Below, piece by piece: positions 37,001 through 47,922 of a stretch of 64,000 nt of DNA; the stretch's first letter is position 1, and each line of letters opens with the position of its first letter. The DNA is from Cyanophora paradoxa CCMP329 (Eukaryota; Plantae; Glaucophyta), in the NCBI GenBank assembly GCA_004431415.1, contig QPMI01000095.1, forward strand, positions 1 through 64,000. Direction: 5' to 3'. The position numbers and the translations under genes were made by a program. The notes beneath the pieces were generated by a model. The model ran no database searches. It saw only the letters and a list, made by a program, of their open reading frames with translations, and was not told the origin of the DNA.

Positions 37001-39577
37001 GCCAGGTGAGCCGCGCCGCCGCCTGCTGAGCTTCCGCGACCCCGGCGCTGTCCCCTGAGGACGGCGGGGGCGGCGGGGCGCTCGAAGATCCTCTCCCGCG
37101 GCAGCGGGACGCCCCGAAAATTCAAAATCCTCGAGAGCTGCGAGGGCGTCAGCAGCAGGCAGGCCGGGCTGTGCCGGGCAGGGCGCTCAGCACGGCGCAC
37201 CGACTCTGCGGGGCGGGGCGAAAGCGACGGGGCGGAGCGGGGCGAAGGCGCCGGGGCGGGCGAAGCGACGGCGCCGGGGCGGGCCGGGGCGGGCGGGCAG
37301 CCGGCGGCGCGCGAGGCGTGCGCCCCGGGCCGCCGCCCGCCGATCCTACGCCCCGCCGTGCAATCCATGCTGCCGCCCTCCGCTCCCTCCGACCATCGCC
37401 CCGGGACTCGATCATCCTGCGCGACAGGAGCGCCTTGTCAGCGACGCGTACGCACACAGACCGCTCAACTCACCTCGTCTAGGCCTGAGCCTCACCAAGC
37501 TGTGGAAGAGGGGTCCAGAATTCGGAGCCTGGAGACGGCGCGCGCGATCCAGCGCCTGGAACGCAAGCAAGAATCGTGAGACATGCGTTCGCGCGCCGCT
37601 GACGCAAAGCTATGGTCCGGTGGCCCACCCCCGGCGATGGCGACGCGCTCGGCAGGGCGCGATCGCCGCCCAGCAGCTTGCCGGCACGCCATCGCCAGCA
37701 ACGAAGGAGAGATCAACAGCGAGAAACGGGATGCAGCCCGTCTGATCCCGCACCCCGTCCAGGCGGTAGCCGCACCTTGGCTCGGCTTGGGCGCAGGGCC
37801 AACCAACTGGGCCGACGGGGCTCACCGCCGGCGATCCCTGCGAAATCGAGTGAGCTGTACGTCACGCGTGGAACGCGGAGGGCACGGCATAGACGCACGT
37901 CGTCGGTTTGTGGGAGGAAGGCAGGCCGTGAACGCGGCGCCGCACGGAAACACGGCCACGCCAGGGCATAGACATGCAGCTGCGAGAACACGGGCCACAT
38001 GCGCCTAGCTATAGCTAACGAAAGGGCCGCGCGCCGCATCTGCGAGCTTCCGCCAACGTGCTCGGCACCGCGGCCGAGCGAGCTGCGAAGGAGCATGGGA
38101 CCGCTCAGGCTTCCTCGGAAAGCTGAGCCGAAGGGCGTCCTCAAGCATCCTCGATCGATATCGCTGTTGGTGTCGCTGCCGCTTTCGCCCAACAGCTGTG
38201 TACCCCGAATTCCGGCCTTGCACTTTGAAGAGCACGCAGGGCAAGAACTGGCTGCGGCCTCCAGCACGGGACGCAATGCAATCTCGGTGCGTCGGCGCTG
38301 GGCTCTCCACCGCAGCGCATCCTGGTCTCCCTTACTCCACAATTTCAAACAGGTCAAACGGAGTCCGCACAGCTGCCGCGAACTTGACGAGCCTCGAGCG
38401 CGAACGACGTTCGAAGGTGCCTACTTGCATCCTCTCGCGTCCCCCGCCTGTCGCCGGCCTGATTTCAAAAGCAGAGCGCTGCCCCAGGGCGGCGGGCGCC
38501 CGCTCGTGGCGAAGAGCGCTCGTGTACGCGTCGTTCTTGCCTCTTCAAGCGCCCTTGATCTGCATTCTTAGCCCGGCCGCCGCCGCCAAGTGTTCCTTCT
38601 TTTGGTCGGCTCGCGCAAAAAGGAGAAGGCGGCTGCCGATGCGAAGCAAGGTGCTTTTTCGTTTCATCTCCTTTGCCCCAATCCCTCATTCCGCTGGCGG
38701 TCCAGGGAACGGGGTGACTGGCCCGCGCGAGCAGAGCACCACCATCCAGTTCGCCTAGCGTCTTCTCCCGCAGGCCAGGTGCTCGCTCTTGTTTCCGCTA
38801 CTCTCGCGTTGATGTTTTTGTGACGCCGGCCGCGTGCGCAGCGGAGCGGGTGCCGTTCTCGGACGCGTGGCTTCTGGACGGCCGCGGCCTCGGAGTTCTT
38901 GTGCTTGCGGCCGCTGGGGCGCAGGTGCGGCAGGTGCGGTCGTTTGCCGGCGCGCATTCTTCTCTTCTTTCGGTTGACGCTCCGAACGCAGCTTCGGCAT
39001 CGCGGTCGAGGGATGCCGGACCGGCCCGGACGCGGCGCGAGCCGGCCTGCTGCTCACTCACCCTGCTGTGGTGCACAGCGGTCCGTTTGCCGGTCACCAC
39101 TCGCTTATCTTCGTTCGATCCGCGCGCTGACCGTGATGCCGCAGCGCGGCGAGCGCCATCAACGCCTCCGCCCTTTTGGCCAGAGGAGGCGCTCTTCCAG
39201 TCCATGGTGTGGGCGCTCGGCCGCAGGTGCGGTCTGTTAATCGGCGCGCATTCTCTTTTCATTAGATTGACATTCCTCTCCGTGCGCAGCGAGCGCTCTG
39301 CCTTCGACGTCGGGCACGGGCAAGGGATGCTGGATGCGGAGGAAGCGGGACTGCTACCCTCTCCTCGGTGCGCAGACGTCCCCTTGCTTCCCACTTCTCT
39401 CTTTAAGCTAGGAGTCCGCTTATTCTGAGCGCAGCGAGCGCGGTGACTTGCCGCAGCGAGTGCGGCGAGGGCGCATTCTGCCTGTGCCGCCGGCGGACGA
39501 TGCTGCAGGCAGGACAGCAGCACTACCCGCTGTTCGGCAGCTGATTGCAGTTAGTTTTCGTTTTCTCGGCAACTAGC
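31024..39577. repeat. Giant imperfect inverted repeat (foldback): arms ~31024-33429 and ~37062-39577, continued inward by complementary GC-rich ~25-bp repeats
   Basis: Mirror-image ORF translations on opposite strands; arm ends GCTAGTTGCCGAGAAAA and TTTTCTCGGCAACTAGC. Confidence 0.93.
34292..36583. repeat. 348-bp tandem array (~6.6 copies) at the centre of the foldback
   Basis: Units start at ~34292, 34641, 34989, 35337, 35691, 36039 and 36387; unit 4 is 6 bp longer with a variant segment. Confidence 0.95.
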
Positions 39578-40819
39578 TAGCGCTCGGATTCGGGCTTCAG
39601 GGGCTGGTGCGTGGGATAGATTTCGGATCCCGGACAGCCTGTATACTTCCAGTTCATCATCTTTTTATGAACAGCGCATGCCACAGATTCACAATAGCTG
39701 GCCACGGGCCTGTCGCCGCTGTGGCCCGGCCGCGGCCCAGCGGCCCAGAAGCGCGAGCAAACTAAGCATGCACGTACGTATATACTAGTACTGCGGTACT
39801 GGTACAGCCGCGCGCGCACTCGGATCTGTCCCAGTGGATCCCGAGCGCGCGCGCTGCAATCATTGAATCCGCAATCCGCATGGGTTACGAGCTACTAGTA
39901 CTAGCTACGCCTGCTAGCGCTGCCAGGCTGCATCGCTCGACGCAGCCAGACGCAGTGGGAATTTGGCGCAGTCGCGGTGCTTCGAAGTTTCGGGCAGCTG
40001 CAGCTGCGTCGCACTGCGTGGGGTTTCAAGCGCTGCTTGAAACCCCGACGCATTTTCAAGCATTGCGTGAAATTTCGGAGCACTGCGTCGAAAAATGACT
40101 CAAATTTCGACGCAATGCGTGGGTGAGCCAAAAGTGCCGGGGTACACACGCAGTGCCCGCCGGGCACCGTCTGGAACGCCGACGCCGCCGTCTTCAAGCG
40201 GTCGGTCTCCGTGAAGGACCTCTGCACGCCGCTCCCGCCAGGCCTCTTCTCGACGCGCGCGGGGCTTCTCGTCGAGTCCGAGGCGGAGGCATGCCCCGAG
40301 GGGACGTACAGCGCGGGAGGGGCCACTGCGTGTCTGCAGTGCCCCGCCGGGACGTGGTCGGCCCCCGGGAGCTCCGAGTGCTACGGCTGCCCCCAGAACT
40401 CGTTTTCTCTTTCCGAGGGGATGCCGTGCACACTGTGCGAGGCGGGTGCGTTCACAGTCCGCGACCGCTGGACGGCCCAGTGCCCGAAGTGGTGCGACCG
40501 CGGACCTGCATGCGCTGGTTTAATTTATTTCATTACGCATCAATACCTCGCACTCGAATTCTTTTATACGAGCTCGACGACACTCTGATTTGTGAGCGCA
40601 GCTTTGCAGGGAGCTTTCTAAAGAATGAGAACCAGCGCCTGTTCTGCCTCACGTGCCCTGCAAACCAGTAAAAAAATGGTAAAGTGGGGCTACTGTCACC
40701 ACATCGATTAATTCCCAATATATCAAACAATCCCAATCAAAATCCTCTCGATTCTCAGTCTTTACCAATCAGAATTCAACAAATTCTCAGTCTCTCAATC
40801 ACAATTAATCGAAGTTATA

Positions 40820-42016
40820 TCAGGCGAAGCCTCTTTCTCAAACCCAAAAACCGCCGATATAAATTCCTTTTTTAACCTTTTTTTCCACTCAAGATCCCCC
40901 CTGCTAAATAATTTCCGCGTCGCACTCCCTCGAGGACGAATTATTAATTCTGCCTCGACACGGACGCGATTGCCGCTAATGACTCAGCTACCCTAACCCC
41001 CACAGACCTCTCTAGATCCATTTTTAGCGTCGTGGCTCCCCTAAGACGACCGCTCGCCCGTGGGCGTCGCGCGAAAATCGAATTTCCCTCTGGATCAATT
41101 CCGGTACTTAACCTCCGACAAATGCAGTCCGAGTCAGAAGGTGGGACCCGGTCCCGCCCGGTCCCGCGACGAAATCGCGCCAGGGACGCCCCAGAACGAT
41201 ACAGAATGCCGCGCGAGGGCGAGCGCATCGCCGCAAGCTCGATTTCAAGCGCCGTCGACGCTCCAGTGCGAAGAGTCGGCCGAAAATTTGATCCAGCGCT
41301 AGCCGGTCCCGCCCGGTCCCGCGACGCGCGCAATCGATGCGTACTGGCGCGCATGGACATAGCAGGGCCTGCGCACCCCCGAAATCCGCTTTTCGGAGCC
41401 GGAACAGCGCAGGAAGGTACCCGACGGCCAAAATTCGATCCTGCACGCGCCCTGACATCTTTCCGCGCGCCCACGCCGCGGCGCATGCGCGGAACGATAG
41501 CATAAGCATTTAAGATGTAGGCAAAGTCTTCCGCACGCTTTGCGTATGCGACGGGCCGCGAGGACCCAGCCGACCCCGAAAATTCGATCCTGCATGGACC
41601 TGCACATCTTTCCGCGCGCCCTCGCCTCGAGCTCCGCAGCCCCGCACATCGATGCTATAGCTATATGCATTCAAGATTCTGTTTAAGCGATTCGCAAGCT
41701 CTGTGCATGCGCCTGGCCGCGAGAACCTTGCCCCTCCCGGGCCTCCCTCTCAACAATATTATATATAATTCATCTCCTCTAATCTCAACCTGCTCCGGCC
41801 TCCCTTTATTTCCTCAGTACATTAATATTCCTCTAGTTATATTCCTCTAGCCGGCCAGCGGTAGCTGGACTGGCCGTCAGCCGGCCAGCTTCCAACCAGA
41901 AAGCTGTTCGCGATCGGCCAGGCCGCTGGCCAGTGCCCTATAGGCCTACTGTGACAGCCGCGAGGGCGTCCGCGAGGCTTCGCCGTACTTAGTGCTCCGC
42001 AGGAGCACGGATCTTG
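40820..42016 (+). mobile_element. Non-autonomous Helitron (1197 bp) inserted in the PLV-2 left TIR
   Basis: 5' TC, 3' CTTG, inserted at A^T with no TSD (the right TIR gives the empty site); hairpin GTGCTCC-GCA-GGAGCAC at 41992-42008; 11-bp asymmetric IR GGCGAAGCCTC at 40823-33 and 41974-84. Confidence 0.85.
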
Positions 42017-42195
42017 TCTTAAATTAATTAATCGAAGTTATATCTTAAATCTTATTTATCGAAGTTATATCATAATCTCGATTAATTATATTTAATCGAA
42101 GTTATATCCTTTTTATCCGCCGTGTCTCCCATGAATTACAAAATTTGATTGCTTTTTTAACATGCTTAAAAGTTATTAAACACAAACATATACCA

Positions 42196-42381
42196 ATGGC
42201 TTGGGAAAAGCGCCAAAGAGATGTTAAGGAATGTGGATGTCACACAGTATGGGAAGTCCATGATTTCTTTAATGATGAGAGGGAAATGTATCAAGTTTAT
42301 TGTGAGAAACACAAGCCAATAACAAATAAAAAACAAACCATTCACAGTAACCACACAAAACAAAACGTAAAATCTCAGTAA
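42196..42381 (+). CDS. Small hypothetical protein (CGCH...YCEKH putative Zn-binding)
   Basis: MAWEKRQRDVKECGCH...VYCEKH just inside the left TIR. Confidence 0.35.
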   Translation: MAWEKRQRDVKECGCHTVWEVHDFFNDEREMYQVYCEKHKPITNKKQTIHSNHTKQNVKSQ

Positions 42382-42800
42382 GCCTCAGTAACAATTTAAA
42401 ACCTCTAATTTTTTACTGTATTTTTTGAACGGTTTTTTACTGTATTTTTTACACTAGAAACAACGATAGAAAAGACAATAAAAACAATAGAATTGTAATT
42501 GCTTTTTAATCGTATATACGTCACTATATCAATATAGTATATACGATATATATCATAGAAAATCGATTTATGGTCATACCTATAACATATCTATTTGTGT
42601 ATATGTGATATATATATATATGACGTCATAATGACGATGCATATGTATATAATATATATGACATACCACGTGACTCGGGAGATTATGACGATCACGGCGA
42701 TGTGTATATTGTCATGATGTATATGTATATATATGTGTGACGCAATCTGATTGGCTCACTGACTTTCAATGTATCCCCCTTCAACTTCTCCCCAGGTTTC

Positions 42801-43030
42801 GATGTGAGATAAAATGTGATATTAAATGTGAGATAAAATGTGATATTATATGTGAGATTCTATGTGAGATATAATGTGATATAAAAGTTATAAATTAAAT
42901 GTTTACTTTGCTCAATTTCTATTGGTCCATGCCACAGAGTAGTGATTTTTCATTAAATGCGCCATAAATTGCGCCATAAAATGCACCATAAAATGCGCCA
43001 TAAAATGCGCCATAAAATGCGCCATGAAAA
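42801..43030. repeat. Two short tandem arrays: ATGTGA(G/T)AT.. 12-13-mers (42801-42890) and ATGCGCCATAAA 12-mers (~42957-43030)
   Basis: Directly visible in the PLV-2 subterminal non-coding region. Confidence 0.85.
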
Positions 43031-43271
43031 CCCGGGGAATAAACCGTAGCAGGGTATATGATCTCACAAGGTTCAAGTTTCGCTCACGTTTCACCGAAGT
43101 TTCGGTAAATCGATTATCGGCATCTTCAAACGCTTGTATCTCACCACCAGATGGTCAACTCGCAACGTTTTGCATAGCGTTTTGAAGCGCTTGTTAAGCT
43201 CTACGCAACTACGTAATCATCGTATTATTTCAAGCTACCTTGCCATACAATATTTCTCACAAATCGTCCTT

Positions 43272-44030
43272 TCACACACTGATTGTGGTCATTTCTCGTT
43301 GGATCCGAGCCATCTGACCCCTTTTAATTGCTTTTCTCTTCACAAACTTCTTAAAGCCCTTTATATCATCATCAGTTAGTACTGCTCTATCAGTATAGGT
43401 CTTGATATCATAACCTTGCAGGCTAGCTATGACAGTTTGGTAATTATAACCCCATAGTCTATGCAATTCCTTGTAGGTCTTCTTATCCATTCCACCATTG
43501 TACTCATCAAAGGCGCAATTGAATTCCTTTTCATTCCCAAGTATATTGAAAAATACAACGAACTCCACATTACGACGAATGGTAGTAGAAATTGAGCATA
43601 AACGCTGAACATTAAATATCACAGAAATTGAATAATGGCGGCCGCTCGTGACCAATTTAGATAACACAGCCGAATTATGCATATCCAAATTGGAACCTAT
43701 CATGTCATCGAGTATGATTACTAAGTTATTTCGTTTCTCATTGTTCTCGATTCGTTTCTTTTGCATACTGATCAATCTCAAAACAATGTTATCATCCCAT
43801 TCCTCATAGATGTTATCTGGATGGGTGATGTCATTGAATTGCCCAGTAAAAGCTGTTGAACTAAATATTACGATCTGATCGATCTTGTCACGAAGCTCGT
43901 AAAGTAAGTATTTTGTAAACATTGTCTTACCTGTATTGGAGCGACCAACATTTAAAATTCTCGTTGGGATTCGAACTGTCTTACTCGGATCGAACTCCGG
44001 AATATCATCTAAGTTTACTGTGTTATCCAT
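43272..44030 (-). CDS. A32-like packaging ATPase
   Basis: GRSNTGKT, IILDD, TSGRHYSISVIFNVQ. Confidence 0.93.
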   Translation of the reverse strand: MDNTVNLDDIPEFDPSKTVRIPTRILNVGRSNTGKTMFTKYLLYELRDKIDQIVIFSSTAFTGQFNDITHPDNIYEEWDDNIVLRLISMQKKRIENNEKRNNLVIILDDMIGSNLDMHNSAVLSKLVTSGRHYSISVIFNVQRLCSISTTIRRNVEFVVFFNILGNEKEFNCAFDEYNGGMDKKTYKELHRLWGYNYQTVIASLQGYDIKTYTDRAVLTDDDIKGFKKFVKRKAIKRGQMARIQREMTTISV

Positions 44031-44111
44031 TACAGTAATAACATAAAAAACAAAATAAACTGCTCACCTACTTAATTTCTGAGCTTCCTACTCTAACGAA
44101 AGAAAAGAACT

Positions 44112-45337
44112 TTAGAAGTTCGAGACTTTCAGGGTAGAGATGTTGTAGCCATTGAGGACCATAACATTGTGTCGCAGGGCATAGATATCAACCTGAACAG
44201 GAGCAGCATCAGTGCATCCCGAAACAGTGAGATCCATGTAACTCGAGCTGCTGTTGAAGAAATCCTGGTAACCCATAACCGAGTTCCGAAGCGAATCTTT
44301 TCCGGACTTGGAAAGAACAATTCCATAAACATTTCCAGACTCGAATCCGTAGGTGGTATTGCCCACAGTAACACCCTTGTAATGAGAGGGAATGTGATTG
44401 ACAGCAGAGAGGAAACCGGAAATGGGTTTGTTAGAGATATCAAGGGAGCGATTGCTGTGGAAGATCTGGAACTGATCGATTTTAACATCCGAAACATGAC
44501 CACAGAAATCAGAATGAGTGTAGGTGTTGAGTTTGTTCACCTCTCGAACAGTCATGAGAATCGAATGAACCAGACCGGAAACATTAGCAAGTGTAACCTC
44601 GACCGATTCACCAGCATCAGCAGTTTTAAGCGCTCGGGTCTTCTTGTGGATGACCTCTGTGATCGGGATGCGAATGCCACCTTGTTCGTTTGCCATCTTT
44701 AGGAGTGTCTCAGCCTCAGCCGAAGCGATGTTTACGAATTGGCAGATCAGGGAGCAATCCGCAAAGGTAACAGATCCACCGGCAGGAACTTTGACTATCC
44801 CAGCATCACGGAAATCCACCTCAATCGTTGGCATATCCGCCAGCGTACATAATGGAAAGTAAGCATCATCCCAGAAAGCAGCGGGGATTTTAACAATGTA
44901 TTCCATAGCCTCATCTGTGCTTTCACGATCAAGTTCTTTGAAGTAACCGAGAGAAGCATACATGCTGCCCATAGTAGCATGATCATTATCGATTAGGGCG
45001 TTTACAGTGATCCAATCACCAGGGATGATATACTTGAAACCACCATGAACGAAGCGGACCTCATTAATAAAGGAAGAACCACCATTGGGGAGGGTGCAGG
45101 CTACCTCACCACCAGTGACAATCTTGAAATAGAGCGAAACACCAGCAAGGAGTTGCTTGCGAGGTAGATCAAAGTAAGCGGTATTCTTAAAGCCAAAAGT
45201 ATTGCCTCGGGGCGAACTTGCTCGAGGAATGGTTTGTACTTGGGGTTGGTTCCGATTTGGAGACCAGGGGATAGATAAATTTGATCGGAACCGGGAGTTA
45301 CGAGGAGTTCCTTAAGGGTAGTTCCAGTGAGTGCCAT
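44112..45337 (-). pseudogene. Major capsid protein with one frameshift near 45205
   Basis: N-terminal ORF 45101-45337 joins the frame GNTFGFKNTAYFDLPR... which runs into 44112-44972; homologous to PLV-1 MCP. Confidence 0.8.
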
Positions 45338-45389
45338 CTCTTATGTTTAAAATACCAAAAGAAATTTTTAAAATGCTTTATTAAACAGA

Positions 45390-46289
45390 ATGACGCGTCA
45401 TTACCTTAATATTGATTCTCGGGATCGGGATGATGGAACCCCAACAAACTTCACTTACAAAATTCCCCATGCAATCCAAAATGTGAGGGCATGCAGAGTG
45501 ACCAATTTCGAGATGTTCAATAACATTTACAATCTCAGCGAGAATGGAAGTTTGATTACAGGAACCTATGATGCTGGGGATGTAATTAAAACTAAGAATA
45601 ACACTATTTCAAAAGGGACATATACTTCGGATAGTTTGGTGAATCTTCTAAATGCAAAACTTGCTTCACAAGTGTATGGTGCAGCAGGAACTACCTATAC
45701 TCGCCATTTTCATGTAACCTATGATCCTGTTACCATGTTTCTAAGGTTCATGTGCGATGCAACATTTACCCTCTCCTTTGGAAGTCGGATCTTAGCGAAC
45801 TTCCTTGGTTTCCCAGATCGCAGACCTGACAGTTCTGAAAATGGTTATGCTTCTGCCCTGCTCGATTCGCCAGTAACAGTTGGAGCAAATACTTATAATT
45901 ACTACATTGACAGTGTTATACCACTCGATCTTCTGTTCAATTCTTACATCCTTCTTCATGTTGACCCACTCAAAGGCAACTATGTAAGCAAGAACACCAG
46001 CGATGATAAAGCCCTTGCAAAAATTGAGATTGACCAAACGGTAGGCAGTCTACTAAAATACGATTCATCGAATAATTCCATGATATTGCATGAGCAAAAT
46101 GGTTTGGTGGAAGTTGAAACGCTAAAAGTTCGTCTCACATACTGGAATGGTGTTGAAACTGATATTACTACAGATTGGTCGATGACTCTCGAACTGATTA
46201 CTGAAGATGATAAAGATCTGACGAAGAAAGCATTGAAGAATGTCATAAAAGAGTTGGAGGGACTCTACCTGCCGTTCTCACGGTCATAG
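45390..46289 (+). CDS. Penton/minor capsid protein
   Basis: YLNIDSRDRD..NFTYKIP..NV..CRV, GTYT, LGF, LKVRLTYWNG..DWSMTLEL: pattern typical of PLV/NCLDV pentons. Confidence 0.85.
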   Translation: MTRHYLNIDSRDRDDGTPTNFTYKIPHAIQNVRACRVTNFEMFNNIYNLSENGSLITGTYDAGDVIKTKNNTISKGTYTSDSLVNLLNAKLASQVYGAAGTTYTRHFHVTYDPVTMFLRFMCDATFTLSFGSRILANFLGFPDRRPDSSENGYASALLDSPVTVGANTYNYYIDSVIPLDLLFNSYILLHVDPLKGNYVSKNTSDDKALAKIEIDQTVGSLLKYDSSNNSMILHEQNGLVEVETLKVRLTYWNGVETDITTDWSMTLELITEDDKDLTKKALKNVIKELEGLYLPFSRS

Positions 46290-46325
46290 GAAATACTGTA
46301 GAATAAATTTGTCTCGATATTACAA

Positions 46326-47072
46326 ATGGCTCGCAAGACTCAGCCCAAGAATTTCTTAGCCAAACCAGTTGAGCAAGCAGAACCAGAACGGAAACAGTTT
46401 AAGAAATCGAAAGGAACCGCAGCATACGGAACTGGTGATCTCGATAAAAATGTCCACCAGACCATGAATGCTCACACAATTGCGCTTACTTCAAACTCAA
46501 ATGATGATAATGCCCTGGTTGACCAAGTCCCACTGAACCGCATGCCCGGAGCGAAACGAGGAATCAAGAAAGGGCAGTTCAAATCATCCACGAAGGACAA
46601 GGTTGCCTCATCATCGACACTGCTGAAACTGCTTGATGGTGGTGAGAGACTCTACTCAACCTATTCCGAGAAAGACCATCGCAACCGCTACTTTATTCGT
46701 TCAACCACTGGTGGACTGAAATCTGTGACATATCAGTATGCTAAGAGTCTTGTTGATGGTATTGCAGCAGAGACCAAAAACGAAAACAAGATCAAGGAAC
46801 AGCCAATCACAAAGGAGAAGGTTGAGAAGAAACCAGAGGTAACCCATGAAGTAATCCCTGAACCTGTTCATGTCGCAAAAGACTCACCAACAGAACTGAT
46901 TGCGAAGACAATCGATTACCAAGACTCCAACAAAACGGATTTGCCGGTTCTCAATAAATCGATCCTCCGGGTTGCCACTTCGCAGGCTGATCCAGTCAAC
47001 TCGATTCCAAATGCTGCCCCAATGGTCTCAGGGTTTGCAAAGCTTGGTATTAGACCCGGTTATCGCCGTTAA
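46326..47072 (+). CDS. Hypothetical basic viral protein (possible core protein)
   Basis: 248-aa Lys-rich ORF next to the penton. Confidence 0.65.
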   Translation: MARKTQPKNFLAKPVEQAEPERKQFKKSKGTAAYGTGDLDKNVHQTMNAHTIALTSNSNDDNALVDQVPLNRMPGAKRGIKKGQFKSSTKDKVASSSTLLKLLDGGERLYSTYSEKDHRNRYFIRSTTGGLKSVTYQYAKSLVDGIAAETKNENKIKEQPITKEKVEKKPEVTHEVIPEPVHVAKDSPTELIAKTIDYQDSNKTDLPVLNKSILRVATSQADPVNSIPNAAPMVSGFAKLGIRPGYRR

Positions 47073-47423
47073 GGATCATTTCAGAATTTTTAAAAATCTT
47101 GAACATTGTTAGCGCTACGTAACCAATCTTATCCCGTAGGCTCAAAACTTCTTCATTTTTATGGAGGCGTTGTAGAGCGAAGTGAAAATATCCATAGGTA
47201 AATCACTTTAATCACCTGTTCTACCGGGTTCAGTGGTAGAAACTTGCAGCCGACAAGTGAGCCTATTTGGTTTCGGTGGCTTTATCATTTTTCCAGCATC
47301 TTCTTTCGTACTGGATGCTCTGCAATCGGGACCAAAATTTGACAGGAGTTTAATCGCTATATACAGACAGAAAAACTACTTAAAGATTTCTTAACATATA
47401 TTAAGAGAGTAGAAAAGGACAAA

Positions 47424-47681
47424 ATGCCAATCAGTGAGGCTCAGAAGCGTGCTACTTATCGTTATCGTAAAAGTGAAAAAGGTCAGGAATATTTAAAAAA
47501 GTATAATGCGAAATTCGCAAAGCAAATGCGTGATTTATACCATACTGATGAGTGTTACAGAGCCATGAGAATCGTTGAGAGTTCCCAGCGTCTCTATGCT
47601 TCCAATGCAGTCTGCTTTGTGAAGTATCTCTATGGTGTCCCGTATTCTAACCGTGGTCGCAAATCGAAATATCTCTGTTAA
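47424..47681 (+). CDS. Small basic protein, homologue of 10047-10301
   Basis: Conserved with the PLV-1 copy; preceded by the shared promoter-like motif. Confidence 0.8.
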   Translation: MPISEAQKRATYRYRKSEKGQEYLKKYNAKFAKQMRDLYHTDECYRAMRIVESSQRLYASNAVCFVKYLYGVPYSNRGRKSKYLC

Positions 47682-47922
47682 TTGTTTTTCTCAGCGCGAT
47701 CTGCTCTGAGAAACCCGTGGGAACCGCGCTGGAACCACAAATAAAATCATTCTGTTATTTTTAGAGTTCGATGATCGAGCCAACCCTTTGTTATTTTTAT
47801 GAATGCCCTCGACTAAATTTATTTTGTTGGAGACTTTTGGTTTTGTCGGTAAAATTTGACGCGAGTATAAAAGTATTTAAAGAAAACTTTTGTAGGTATA
47901 TATTAATAGAGTGAACAAAGAA

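Larger units (their letters stand above)
30400..40144. mobile_element. 9745-bp non-autonomous TIR DNA transposon, IS3EU-like (TAC...GTA ends, 6-bp TSD)
   Basis: 37-bp perfect TIR TACCCCGGCACTTTTGGCTCACCCACGCATTGCGTCG (30400-30436 and 40108-40144); TSD CACACG (30394-99 and 40145-50); subterminal GCATTGCGT repeats; no transposase recognised; superfamily inferred from the end/TSD pattern only. Confidence 0.85.

Noticed and set aside
31000-39600. Many long Arg/Gly/Ala/Pro-rich ORFs
   Set aside because: Stop-poor GC-rich repeats mirrored on both arms, with indels that change frames between arms
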